Shown here: one piece after another, positions 1 to 8,150 of the stretch
How the letters are laid out: each line of letters starts with the position of its first letter
Numbering within the stretch: position 1 is the stretch's first letter
NCBI RefSeq assembly: GCF_900289195.1
Contig: NZ_OMOH01000004.1
Location: forward strand, 180,001 to 212,000
Direction of reading: 5' to 3'
Length of the DNA stretch: 32,000 nt
Source of the DNA: Propionibacterium ruminifibrarum
GTDB lineage: Bacteria; Actinomycetota; Actinomycetes; Propionibacteriales; Propionibacteriaceae
Translations under genes and position numbers: made by a program
The notes under the pieces: model-generated
Seen by the model: only the letters and a program-made list of their open reading frames with translations
What the model was told of the DNA's origin: nothing
Databases searched by the model: none

Positions 1-103
1 TACTCATGTGACGGCCGACAGTCCGCAAGGATCGGTTCAGAACCGCCTCGGATGAGCGGTCATGGCTGCCCGACCCGACCCTCACCTCAAGCCGCGCGTC
101 GGA

Positions 104-937
104 TCAGAGGACATTCTCAGACCCGTCGTCGGCCCAGCCGCTCCTCGTGGTGAGGAGACGGGGCGAGTAGCTCACGTCGGCCAGGACGGGCAGCCGCTCC
201 CTGGCCCGGTCGGCCAGGGCGAGGTCGAGGTTGACGACGGCCAGGTCGGGCTGCTCCCCCAGTTCGAGGAGCACCCGGCCCGAGGGGTCCACGACCATCG
301 AGTGGCCCACCCCGGTGGGCAGACCGTAATCCTCGGCGGGGCCGGCCTGGTCGACGGCGACGACGAAGGACACCGAGTCCATCGCCCGCGCCGTGACGAG
401 GGTCCGCCACTGGTGCACCTTGTCCGGGCCGGGCGCCCAGGAGGCGCACACGAGCATGGCGCGGGCGCCGCGGCGGGCCAGCTCGGTGAACTGGGCCGGG
501 AAGCGGACGTCGTAGCAGATGGCGAGGCCGAGGCGTTCGCCCGCGACCTCGGCGACGACCAGCCGGTCGCCGGGCGCCACCCGGTCGGACTCCCGCTGCC
601 CGAGGGCGTCGAAGAGGTGGATCTTGTCGTAGCAGACCAGGTCCCGGTCCGTGACGAGAAGCGTGTTGCGCACCCTGCCGTCCGGGGCCGTCGTGAACAT
701 GCCAGCCGCGATGACGACGCCCAGCTCGGCGGCGAGGGCCTGCACGGCGCTCGCCCACGGCCCGCCGGCGGGCTCGGCCGCCCTCGCCGGGTTCCGGCGG
801 AAGGAACACATCGTGGCCTCGGGGAACACGACGAGTTCGGCCCCCTCGCGTGCGGCGCGGGAGGCGAAATCCGAGACCAGCGCCAGGTTCTCCTGGGGAT
901 CGGTGGTGACCGTGAGCTGGGCGAGAGCGATCCGCAT
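104..937 (-). CDS. carbon-nitrogen hydrolase (nitrilase superfamily) protein
   Basis: ORF 104..976 (-). The likely start is MRIALAQL (ATG at 937). The Glu-Lys-Cys triad contexts typical of this family are readable: VVFPEATM, YDKIHLFD, LAICYDVRFP. Confidence 0.85.
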   Translation of the reverse strand: MRIALAQLTVTTDPQENLALVSDFASRAAREGAELVVFPEATMCSFRRNPARAAEPAGGPWASAVQALAAELGVVIAAGMFTTAPDGRVRNTLLVTDRDLVCYDKIHLFDALGQRESDRVAPGDRLVVAEVAGERLGLAICYDVRFPAQFTELARRGARAMLVCASWAPGPDKVHQWRTLVTARAMDSVSFVVAVDQAGPAEDYGLPTGVGHSMVVDPSGRVLLELGEQPDLAVVNLDLALADRARERLPVLADVSYSPRLLTTRSGWADDGSENVL

Positions 938-1170
938 GGGCCCACTCTCGTCCCTGAGCGCCGCCTGCGGCAACACCCTCTCGCGGGGACCCGACCCTGC
1001 CGTCCGCGTTCGCCCTCACCGACGCGATACAGCATCGCCCACTCGCGGGCCGTGACTCATGCTCCGCCGGGCACAACGCCTTCGCGGCGCGCCAATACTG
1101 AATCACCGGTGCGTCTCCGGGACTGTGGACAGTGCCGCGCGCCCGACCGTCCGGTTCTAGACTTCGCGGC

Positions 1171-1533
1171 ATGGCCGTCTTCGAGCAGCACACCACCCTC
1201 AGCAGGCAGTACCCCCTGCCCTACGCCACCGTCTTCAACGCAGTACCCCAGGTGATCCAGCACCTGGGCCACCGACTGCAACACGCGGACCCGAACCAGG
1301 GCATCATCCGGTTCTCGACCGGCATGAGTCTCACCACGTGGGGCGAGAACCTCACGGCGCAGATCGCCCCGGTCGACCCGCAGCAGTCGGCAACCGCCGT
1401 CCAGCTGACCTCCAGCGGCGCCCTGCCCACGCTCATCGCTCAGGGCAAGCGCAACCGCAAGGTGATCAACGCGTTCTTCGATGAGTTGGACCGGGCCCTG
1501 CAGTGGCAGCAGGGCGCCCCCGGGCAGGGCTGA
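1171..1533 (+). CDS. hypothetical protein (about 120 aa)
   Basis: ORF 1132..1533 (+). The internal ATG at 1171 (MAVFEQHTTL...) is more plausible than the GTG at 1132, which adds an R/S/G-rich head. Amino-acid composition is natural. I recognise no family. Confidence 0.5.
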   Translation: MAVFEQHTTLSRQYPLPYATVFNAVPQVIQHLGHRLQHADPNQGIIRFSTGMSLTTWGENLTAQIAPVDPQQSATAVQLTSSGALPTLIAQGKRNRKVINAFFDELDRALQWQQGAPGQG

Positions 1534-1591
1534 GACGGCGGGCGCCCGACACTCCGCGGCCGCCACGACGCCATCGGCTTGGCGTCCCGGA

Positions 1592-2530
1592 CTATTCGAG
1601 CCCCATGACGAACCGCCGACTGAATACCATCCCCGGTTGGATAACGAGCGTTCCGTCCTCGGGCAGATCGAGGTCGTGACCATGACTGGCGGCACGATCA
1701 TGGACCTCTTGGTAACTACCCATCTGAGGTTCGATCGTGCCGTCCGGCGCCCAGTAGAAGACATTGCGGCTCAAAAGCCCTCCGGGATTGTTGAACCCCG
1801 CCTCAGGGGTGAAGGAGCCAATCATCTGGGCGATGCCGAGGATACTGGTGAGGCCTTCTTCGCGCGTCGGGAGCGAATACATCAGGAGTGACCGGTTCGG
1901 CACCGCGAAGAGCAGGCCGTCAGGCGCCTCCACGCCGAGCCGCCCCAGCAGCGCGGGTATGTTCCCGATCTTGGACGCGATGAACATCGAGTCGCCTGTT
2001 ACAAAGTGCACGCCACCCTCGTCGAAGGTTTCATCGATCGGTTCAGCATCGGTGTTGATCTGCCCCAAACCGAAGAGCACGTCAAGAGGCACCTCAAGAT
2101 CGCCGATGTTCTTGTCGGTCAGCGTGACGACATGGGTCGGGTAGTCGAGGCAGAGCACTTGGAACAGGCCCTCTGCGAAAGGGCGTCCATAGTCGCAGCC
2201 GTCGGCATCGGCTGTGGCGATGATGCGGGTGTACACGATGGGCAGCACTTCATCAACGCTGAGCCTGGGTGCCGACTGGGCCCGGGATGCCTCAATGGCG
2301 AATTGCACCCATCGTTGCAACGTCGCCTCCCACTGTGACTGCGGGGTTCGCATCAGGTCGTCTGCGACGTTCTCCATCGACAACCTGCCCATGTCAGCGA
2401 GCTGGAGGGCTTTGCCATGCTCGGTCATGACGGGTTCCGCGGTGATGCCTTGCCGGACCAGTTCCTGGATGAGGTAACCCGCGGCACCGTTGAGCACCGA
2501 ATCCCTGTCCGGCCCTTGATCAGCACTCAT
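1592..2530 (-). CDS. hypothetical protein (313 aa), family not recognised
   Basis: ORF 1592..2692 (-). The ATG at 2530 (MSADQGPDRD...) follows a GGAGG (revcomp of cctcc at 2536-2540) with about 5 nt spacing. Composition is protein-like throughout. GC is visibly lower than in the core genes of this window. Confidence 0.7.
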   Translation of the reverse strand: MSADQGPDRDSVLNGAAGYLIQELVRQGITAEPVMTEHGKALQLADMGRLSMENVADDLMRTPQSQWEATLQRWVQFAIEASRAQSAPRLSVDEVLPIVYTRIIATADADGCDYGRPFAEGLFQVLCLDYPTHVVTLTDKNIGDLEVPLDVLFGLGQINTDAEPIDETFDEGGVHFVTGDSMFIASKIGNIPALLGRLGVEAPDGLLFAVPNRSLLMYSLPTREEGLTSILGIAQMIGSFTPEAGFNNPGGLLSRNVFYWAPDGTIEPQMGSYQEVHDRAASHGHDLDLPEDGTLVIQPGMVFSRRFVMGLE

Positions 2531-2807
2531 GGCACCTCCATAGTCATTGCTTGCTCCAAGCTTAGGCGGTAAGGGTGACCCCGAATTGTGGCGAGGCTCT
2601 GCGGGCCAGAGCCTAGCCGCGTAACGATGCGTGGGTTGCCGGACAGGGGCCTGTCTGGCCTCACACGGCCATACGTATGCCCGGTTGTTCACGTGCGCGG
2701 GCGAGTGTTGGTCTGGACATGCATGCTCACTCCGTCGTAGCGCATATGACGAACGCCAAGACCGACAAGATCTTCAGGGACTAGGTTCTGCCCCGACTCG
2801 GACGAGA

Positions 2808-3600
2808 TCATGGCTCGACAGAACCCTGTTAAGGCCAGCTGCCGTGATATACGAGACCGACCCGATTAGATGCAGCTCTACCAAAGCACTCCCGTCGCAA
2901 GGCATCAGGACAGTGGTCGCCGCTCCCTCGAAACACCAGAATCCCTCAGATCGAGGGTGAAAGCCGAAGCGATCGACGCCAAGCACCTCTCGACTCTGCT
3001 GTGTCTGGATGCGTCCACCGCAGTGACGGTCCCCGACGAGTTGACCGAGGCTGCTCGTAATCTTGTCAGGGTCCGTGAGGACTGCCGCCCGGATCTGACG
3101 CGGGTCCGGCACCGGTTGTCGAAACTGCTGCTGCGACACGGGATCGCCAACTTCGCGGGGGCAGGCCCGGCCCAGGGCTCATAACGCGTGGCTACGCGGG
3201 CAGCGGTTCGATTCACTCCACCCGGGCCTCATTCGATAAAGCCTACGAGAGTGTGGCCCCGATCACGGCACCGTGACCGTCTCGACGAACACATCGCCGC
3301 CATGGCCGTTGACAGCCGATACACGCCTGTGAGCCGAGGGCTGGGGGTTTGCGTGGAATCTCCACCCTGACCAGGTTCGCCCAGTGGTCAAGATCAATGA
3401 CTGGTCCCAGTTCATTGGTAACTCGCTCGCCGGACTAGTCCTCTCGAAGAATTCGTCAGGACAGAAACGAAGCCAAGGGCCAGTCACCAAGACCAACAAC
3501 AGCCATGCCTGTGGCGCACCTCACCACTCCACGCCAGAGCCAGCAGCAAGAGCACCCATACCCTTCATATCTCGCGACGACAGAAAGCAGGAGATTACAC
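2808..3600 (+). pseudogene. IS110-family transposase remnant (5'-truncated, frameshifted, in-frame stop)
   Basis: Consecutive pieces in different frames match the conserved central and C-terminal parts of IS110-family transposases. They are AVIYETDP..GIRTVVAAPSK (frame of ORF 2631..2960); AIDAKHLSTLLCLD..TAVTVPDELTEAARNLVRVREDCRPDLTRVRHRLSKLLLRHGI (ORF 2870..3184, closed by TAA at 3182..3184); RDRLDEHIAAMAVDSRYTPV (ORF 3188..3370); and INDWSQFIGNSLAGLVLSKNSSGQKRSQGPVTKTNNSHA (ORF 3384..3608). The N-terminal catalytic region is absent. Confidence 0.7.
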
Positions 3601-5412
3601 TTATCTAATGATCATCTCATCGATACGCGCGACATCGCGAGCTGGGTCCTGGGCAGCGGGATACACGGTGAACTCGTAATAGTTAGGATGCGCGATCTGC
3701 AGTGACGGAAGTGGAGACTCTCTGAGTCGAACGAGGATGAAGGTGTCTGCGAGGAGGTCTAAACTCTTGGCGCGATCGGTGTCGAATTTGTCGCGATGCC
3801 AGTATGATCCGTCGTATTCAATTGCGAGTCGCTCATCCGCTGTCAGATTAACTAACACATCAATAGTCCACGACGAATGGGTTCGGAATCTTGCAGAGTG
3901 GACGCGAAAGCCTGATTTCGCATTCCCCCATCGCGCGAGAGCCGCCAAATAGTACTCGCCCTCAATCCGCGACTTGCCAGTTTCAATACACTCGGGACAT
4001 TGAGATCCATTAACTCTGGCTGTCGGCATTGCCCGCCATACGTGAGTCGGATCATTTTTACATACCCACAGGGGCGGTTCTTTAAGTTGGGTGGTATTTG
4101 AACGAATTTCCCATGGGGAAATTGGATTATCAACCGACCACTCTTCAGCCAGTTCTGGATAGTGATATGCCAGCGAGTCAAGGATAGTGCGGCACAGCGG
4201 ACACCTCCAGCGGTCGTACTTGTCGCGCTCACGGGGCGTGGCTTGGAACTCATGACCACAGACAGGATCTCGCCACCAGATCATGCGACGAGAGTTTGGA
4301 GAGATGTTCGCGAGTCGCAGATTGCCGTTCTTCGTAGGATGCCATTGACTACTGATCTCGGGCGTCAACCGGCTTGCGGCAGGGTTCACATCCGCTCGTT
4401 TTGCATTAGCCTCGCGCGTCTCGTTAGCCTTGCAAGCAGAACAGCCATCAAAAAGATAACTGAGAGGGCTGCGCGTATTGCGATGACCAGAAGGGCATCG
4501 AAATCTGTAGCCCGAGCCCATGTATTTCTTATCGACCAGAACATTCGCTGGCGGGATGTCTTCGTCCCAAGCAGTCAAAAGCTCGGGCACGTCAGCAATG
4601 GTCTTCCCCCTAAGCAACGCCAACTTTTCTTCCCAAGCCGCCCGCCTAATCGATTGACACTCCGGACACGAGAAGGAGTCGTTCGTGACATCGAGGATAC
4701 GAGCTTTGAATGAATGACCTTCAGAACAAGTCCACCAGGCTTCGCGACGGGATTTGATCGTTGCGACTTCCCAAAAGGAATCCGAGTTGCATTCGTGATC
4801 CCACCATACGATCGCTCGATTGTCAGAGTTCTTGAGAAGGTTCGCACCCTGAGTCTTCTTGGTGCCTACTGTCGCAGTTTTTTGATTTCGCCGACATGAA
4901 CAGCCCCAACCAATATCCCCGCTTCGCTGCGCCTCAACTCTGCCACAGGAATTACAGCGTGTAGCATGGGGGTCATCTTCAAGACTGGGATTCGTTAGCG
5001 GACCAAGATAAGTGAACCCATTCTCTTCCGCAGCCTGTCGCACGGTGGATATATCTACGGCCCGTTCAGCTCTGCCCGACATGGAACGTGCGTTTCTAGC
5101 CCACGAACGCCAGTAGCACGCTCGACAAACAGCTTCACCAACTTGTATTCGGTCAAGAATATACTCGAAACGGTAGTGCCCTTGGAAATTGCATCGTATA
5201 CATCGAGTCAACAAGTAAGCAGATGGCTTGGTGAAGTCTTCAAGCAGGATCAGGCCACCTTGAGAATAAAGTTGACAGAGGTGATCGCGGCACCATGTTG
5301 GCCGCGTTCGAGTTGCAAATGCTCCGGGTTGTTCACACCCTTCCACACTGCAAGTCTTCATGATGTACCTCATTTCGTCCTTGACTATTAACACCATAGT
5401 TGAACCACTCAT
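3601..5412 (-). CDS. multi-zinc-ribbon protein with C-terminal Vsr/DUF559-like PD-(D/E)XK nuclease domain
   Basis: This is an uninterrupted 603-aa ORF in the lowest-GC stretch of the window. Four tandem repeats (about aa 190-253, 275-328, 350-407, 415-475) follow the pattern W..(N/D)...(S/P)....WW.C..GH.(F/W)......R.....CP.C, which resembles DUF4379-type treble-clef zinc ribbons. Extra CxxC pairs lie in the N-terminal 180 aa. The C-terminus (about aa 478-565) reads SRIEGE...WTIDVLV...LAIEYDGSYWH...DTDRAKSLDLLADTFILVRLRE, the E / D / E-x-DG..H / D..R...L...vlR pattern of Vsr/DUF559-type endonuclease folds. The start is uncertain among 5412, 5373 and 5361; the ATG at 5361 (MKTCSVEGC) has a GAGG 6 nt upstream. 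Confidence 0.8.
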   Translation of the reverse strand: MSGSTMVLIVKDEMRYIMKTCSVEGCEQPGAFATRTRPTWCRDHLCQLYSQGGLILLEDFTKPSAYLLTRCIRCNFQGHYRFEYILDRIQVGEAVCRACYWRSWARNARSMSGRAERAVDISTVRQAAEENGFTYLGPLTNPSLEDDPHATRCNSCGRVEAQRSGDIGWGCSCRRNQKTATVGTKKTQGANLLKNSDNRAIVWWDHECNSDSFWEVATIKSRREAWWTCSEGHSFKARILDVTNDSFSCPECQSIRRAAWEEKLALLRGKTIADVPELLTAWDEDIPPANVLVDKKYMGSGYRFRCPSGHRNTRSPLSYLFDGCSACKANETREANAKRADVNPAASRLTPEISSQWHPTKNGNLRLANISPNSRRMIWWRDPVCGHEFQATPRERDKYDRWRCPLCRTILDSLAYHYPELAEEWSVDNPISPWEIRSNTTQLKEPPLWVCKNDPTHVWRAMPTARVNGSQCPECIETGKSRIEGEYYLAALARWGNAKSGFRVHSARFRTHSSWTIDVLVNLTADERLAIEYDGSYWHRDKFDTDRAKSLDLLADTFILVRLRESPLPSLQIAHPNYYEFTVYPAAQDPARDVARIDEMIIR

Positions 5413-5539
5413 ACAACCAGCTCGTACGAGTAATAACTAATGCCCCAACCAAGGTTGAAAGCTTTGACCACACGCAATCGCAGGATCGCGTCCGTAGCGA
5501 AGAGCTGCCACTGGGAACAGTCCTAGCCCTGGTGCGGGC

Positions 5540-6142
5540 ACGGCATGGGGACGAGGAGTCCAGGTGAATGAGACAGCATGGCGTTGACTAGGAGCGGAGC
5601 GTGTACTGGGTGCGACGTGGTGGGCCTCGTCCTCCACGAGGACGTCGAAGGCGTAGCGGCGCGCCGACCCCGCCCTGCCGTCGTCGGCGAGCAGCAGATT
5701 GGTGCGCGGGGCCTCCAGGGCTCGGCGCAGCGGTTCGAGCTGGTAGGACTCCCGAGCGGAAGGGCGCCTGGAAGGCCTTCGGGTCGGCCGAGGTCACCGC
5801 GCCCCAGCGGACGGCGTCGACGAAGGCGCCGAGCGTGTCCGGCTCGTCGAACGAGGATGCGTCGATCGTCTCGGGCAGGCCGCGGTCGGGGACGATCGAG
5901 GTGCCGACCTCGAGCTCCCAGACGACGGTGAGTTCCTCGCCCATGCGGTCCTCGGCGAGTGACTGCAACGCGACCAGGTGTTCCAGGCCGGCACGTGCCT
6001 CGTCTGCGGGGCTGCGGGACAGGCCCTGCTCACGGACGTCGGTGACCGCCCAGGTGGCGCCACGGACCTGGACGACCTGGCCGGGTTCTGGCACAGAGAC
6101 CGGCCCTGTGGGCGTGGACGTGTTGAGCTGTTCGGTGGTCAT
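5540..6142 (-). pseudogene. SF2 (SNF2/DEAD-like) helicase remnant: N-terminal domain plus collapsed motif I-II region, 3' part lost
   Basis: ORF 5588..6166 (-) starts MTTEQLNT..GQVVQVRGATWAVTDV...LTVVWELEVG...FDEPDTLGAFVDAVRWGAVTSADPKAFQAPFRSG. It then turns into R/G/P-rich text. Shifting frame near 5750 gives SYQLEPLRRALEAPRTNLLLADD, followed about 12 aa later by FDVLVEDEAHHVAP. Motif I (..ADDxGxGKT) has lost its GKT and is almost fused to motif II (DEAH). Recognisable sequence ends near 5540 at the junction with low-GC DNA. Confidence 0.6.
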
Positions 6143-6325
6143 CGCATCCCTTGGCTTGGTTCGCACAGTCGCCGTGCGACGACGTCACCCTATCGGAAGG
6201 GTCCGACATCACGGTGCAAGCTCAGGCGTGGCGCGGGCGACACAAAGCGTATCGAGGGGTTGGCGCACGGGGCGTCACCAGGTGGCCGGCTGCCGAGGCC
6301 CCGCACAAGACCGCGGGCCTCAGCG

Positions 6326-7000
6326 TCACTGCGGCTCGGGAAAGCTGCCCACAACCCCGAGGTCGATGTGCAACCCCAGCGGCACGCCATCGGCGTCGCG
6401 GGTGAGCACGACCGGATAGACGCCGTCGCCCCAGCCGGAGTTCGAGATCACGACGTTCTCCCCGTTCGAGGCGAGCGGCATGACGATGTTGGCCGAGCCT
6501 TCACGGTAGTACTCGGGGTCGTACAGGAGATCGAACCACGAGCCGGGCTCTTCGGATTCAAAGACCTCACAGTCCCACTCGAGGTCATCGGGCGGCATAG
6601 CGGTGGCGACGGCGTCATGGTCGACGAAACCGACCGTTCCTGCGTCCACGAAAACGCCTGACTTCCTGCCGTCCGCCGTCTGGGCGTCCTCGACGGAGGC
6701 GGCCTCGCCGTCTGCAAGGATGACGGACAGATAGGCCTCGCGCAGGTGCGCGCCGTCCTGCGTCGGAGAGACGTCGGCGACCGTGACCCGCACCGGGTAG
6801 TCGCCCGGCTCGACGGCGAAGAACGGACCGTTACCAAGGGTGACGAAGGGGTCACAGGCCTCCAGGCGCCCCGAGGGCACCCGCAGCATCCCCAGGTCAG
6901 TCACGGTGAGCCCGACTGACCCGGCGGGGTAGTAAAAACCGTCCTCGAAAGGGCTTGGCACCAGCCCGGAGACGAGGGCGTAGAAGTCGAGATCAGGCAT
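6326..7000 (-). CDS. DUF4241 domain-containing protein
   Basis: ORF 6326..7117 (-). The ATG at 7000 gives MPDLDFYALVSG.... Segments such as LRVPSGRLEACDPF, GDYPVRVTVADV, VFVDAGTVGFVDHDA and GWGDGVYPV fit my recollection of DUF4241 proteins. Confidence 0.75.
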   Translation of the reverse strand: MPDLDFYALVSGLVPSPFEDGFYYPAGSVGLTVTDLGMLRVPSGRLEACDPFVTLGNGPFFAVEPGDYPVRVTVADVSPTQDGAHLREAYLSVILADGEAASVEDAQTADGRKSGVFVDAGTVGFVDHDAVATAMPPDDLEWDCEVFESEEPGSWFDLLYDPEYYREGSANIVMPLASNGENVVISNSGWGDGVYPVVLTRDADGVPLGLHIDLGVVGSFPEPQ

Positions 7001-7255
7001 GGTCCGAATACTACTGGGAGCGTTGCCGCACGCAGGTGGCGCTGTGGCGGGCCGGGTGAGCTTTCGACGCATCGCTGGCGGGTGGGGTCGGACCGTCATG
7101 GCGATCTCGACCGTCAATCAGTTGTCGGGCCTGGCGCGACCTGACGTTGCTGCCGCTGCGCGCGGAATCCGCATCAAGGGTCCAGCCGACCCGCTCGACC
7201 GCCCAGCGGAGCAGCTCAGGGGCGACGCCGACATGGGCGACCACCGCAGCACCTC

Positions 7256-7789
7256 CTAAGAGACCGAGAAGGTCATGCGCACATCGCCCGACCCGAGCAG
7301 CGCGCCCAGTTCGTCGTCGCTCATGCCCCGGATCCTTCCCAGCCTCGTGTACTCCCAGGTGTTGGATCCGTAGAACACGACGATCTGGTCGCCCGTGTAC
7401 AGGACGATGTCGCCGGCCTCCGTGGTGATCCGCTCGTCGTCGTGGGGTAGGTCGAAGCCGAGGCCACCGACCTGCTCGAAACCGCCGTACCTCGACATCT
7501 GCACGGTCACCGGCTCGTCCGCGGCGGCGTCGGCCAGCGCGCGGACCGTCTCGTTGTCCTCCCACGCGACGTCGACGTCGCGGCCGTCTATGGACAGGGT
7601 GAGCATGCCGTCCTCCTCGTCGTGTCGCGCGGTGGACGAGCCCGTGGGCGAGGACTGCCCGGCGGCGGGTGCGTCGTCGGCGCCACCGCTCCCGCGGCCG
7701 CAGCCTGCCGAGGCGACGAGTGTCGCGGAGGCGGCCCCGGTGAGCAGCGCCGCGAAACCCCGGCGCGACAGGGCGATCCTGTTCAACAT
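7256..7789 (-). CDS. cyclophilin-like-fold lipoprotein (Tat-type signal)
   Basis: ORF 7256..7861 (-), with the ATG at 7789. The N-terminus MLNRIALSRRGFAALLTGAASATLVASAGCG has a twin-arginine motif (SRRGFAAL) and a lipobox (SAGC). The C-terminal domain (LTLSIDGRDVDVAWEDNETVRAL...GDIVLYTGDQIVVFYG) resembles the cyclophilin-like family. Confidence 0.7.
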   Translation of the reverse strand: MLNRIALSRRGFAALLTGAASATLVASAGCGRGSGGADDAPAAGQSSPTGSSTARHDEEDGMLTLSIDGRDVDVAWEDNETVRALADAAADEPVTVQMSRYGGFEQVGGLGFDLPHDDERITTEAGDIVLYTGDQIVVFYGSNTWEYTRLGRIRGMSDDELGALLGSGDVRMTFSVS

Positions 7790-7883
7790 GGGCTGGTCAC
7801 GTCCCTTCCCTAGGAAAACCGAATGGTGTGAAGGGGACCATTCCATGGTGCCACAGCGCACCCCAGGAGGAGCCCGGCGTCTC

Positions 7884-8111
7884 CTATTCCTCTTGCCCGT
7901 CCGGCCCGGCGATCCTGCGGAATGCGACCGTCTGGTTCTTCAGGGATATCTTGTCGACCCGATAGCCGAAGTCGAGCAGTTCCTTCTTGTAGGTCAGGAA
8001 GGAGTGGTCGATCGGTACACCGGCGATGTCGCCGATCTGCTCGAAACTCAGCTGGAACGACGAGCGGCCGTCTTCCTGCACGTGCCGCCACAGTGCGTCG
8101 TACTTGCTCAT
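7884..8111 (-). CDS. small conserved hypothetical protein (75 aa)
   Basis: ORF MSKYDALWRHVQEDGRSSFQLSFEQIGDIAGVPIDHSFLTYKKELLDFGYRVDKISLKNQTVAFRRI... The pattern (MSKYD.LW..., PIDHSFL.YKKEL, trailing beta-hairpin-like K.S.K..TV.F) resembles a widely scattered small-protein family I cannot name. Confidence 0.6.
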   Translation of the reverse strand: MSKYDALWRHVQEDGRSSFQLSFEQIGDIAGVPIDHSFLTYKKELLDFGYRVDKISLKNQTVAFRRIAGPDGQEE

Positions 8112-8150
8112 GTGTTCCCCTCCCCCCTGAACACCAGGTTCACGAGCCGT

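Noticed and set aside
62-1255. 397-aa plus-strand ORF
   Set aside because: It is antisense to the nitrilase-family gene, which has readable catalytic-triad motifs. The plus-strand product is low-complexity.
3204-3225. tRNA-like T-arm string GGTTCGATTCACTCCACCC, a possible att site related to tRNA-Gly
   Set aside because: It lies inside the IS110 transposase remnant reading frame. No acceptor or anticodon arms can be folded around it, and it matches the tRNA-Gly 3' end at only about 10 nt. This is probably coincidence.
5588-6166. Treating ORF 5588..6166 as an intact 192-aa gene
   Set aside because: Its last ~60 residues are R/G/P-rich read-through. The helicase sequence (SYQLEPL...LLLADD...DEAHHVAP) continues in another frame, so the ORF is the 5' piece of a frameshifted, internally deleted pseudogene.
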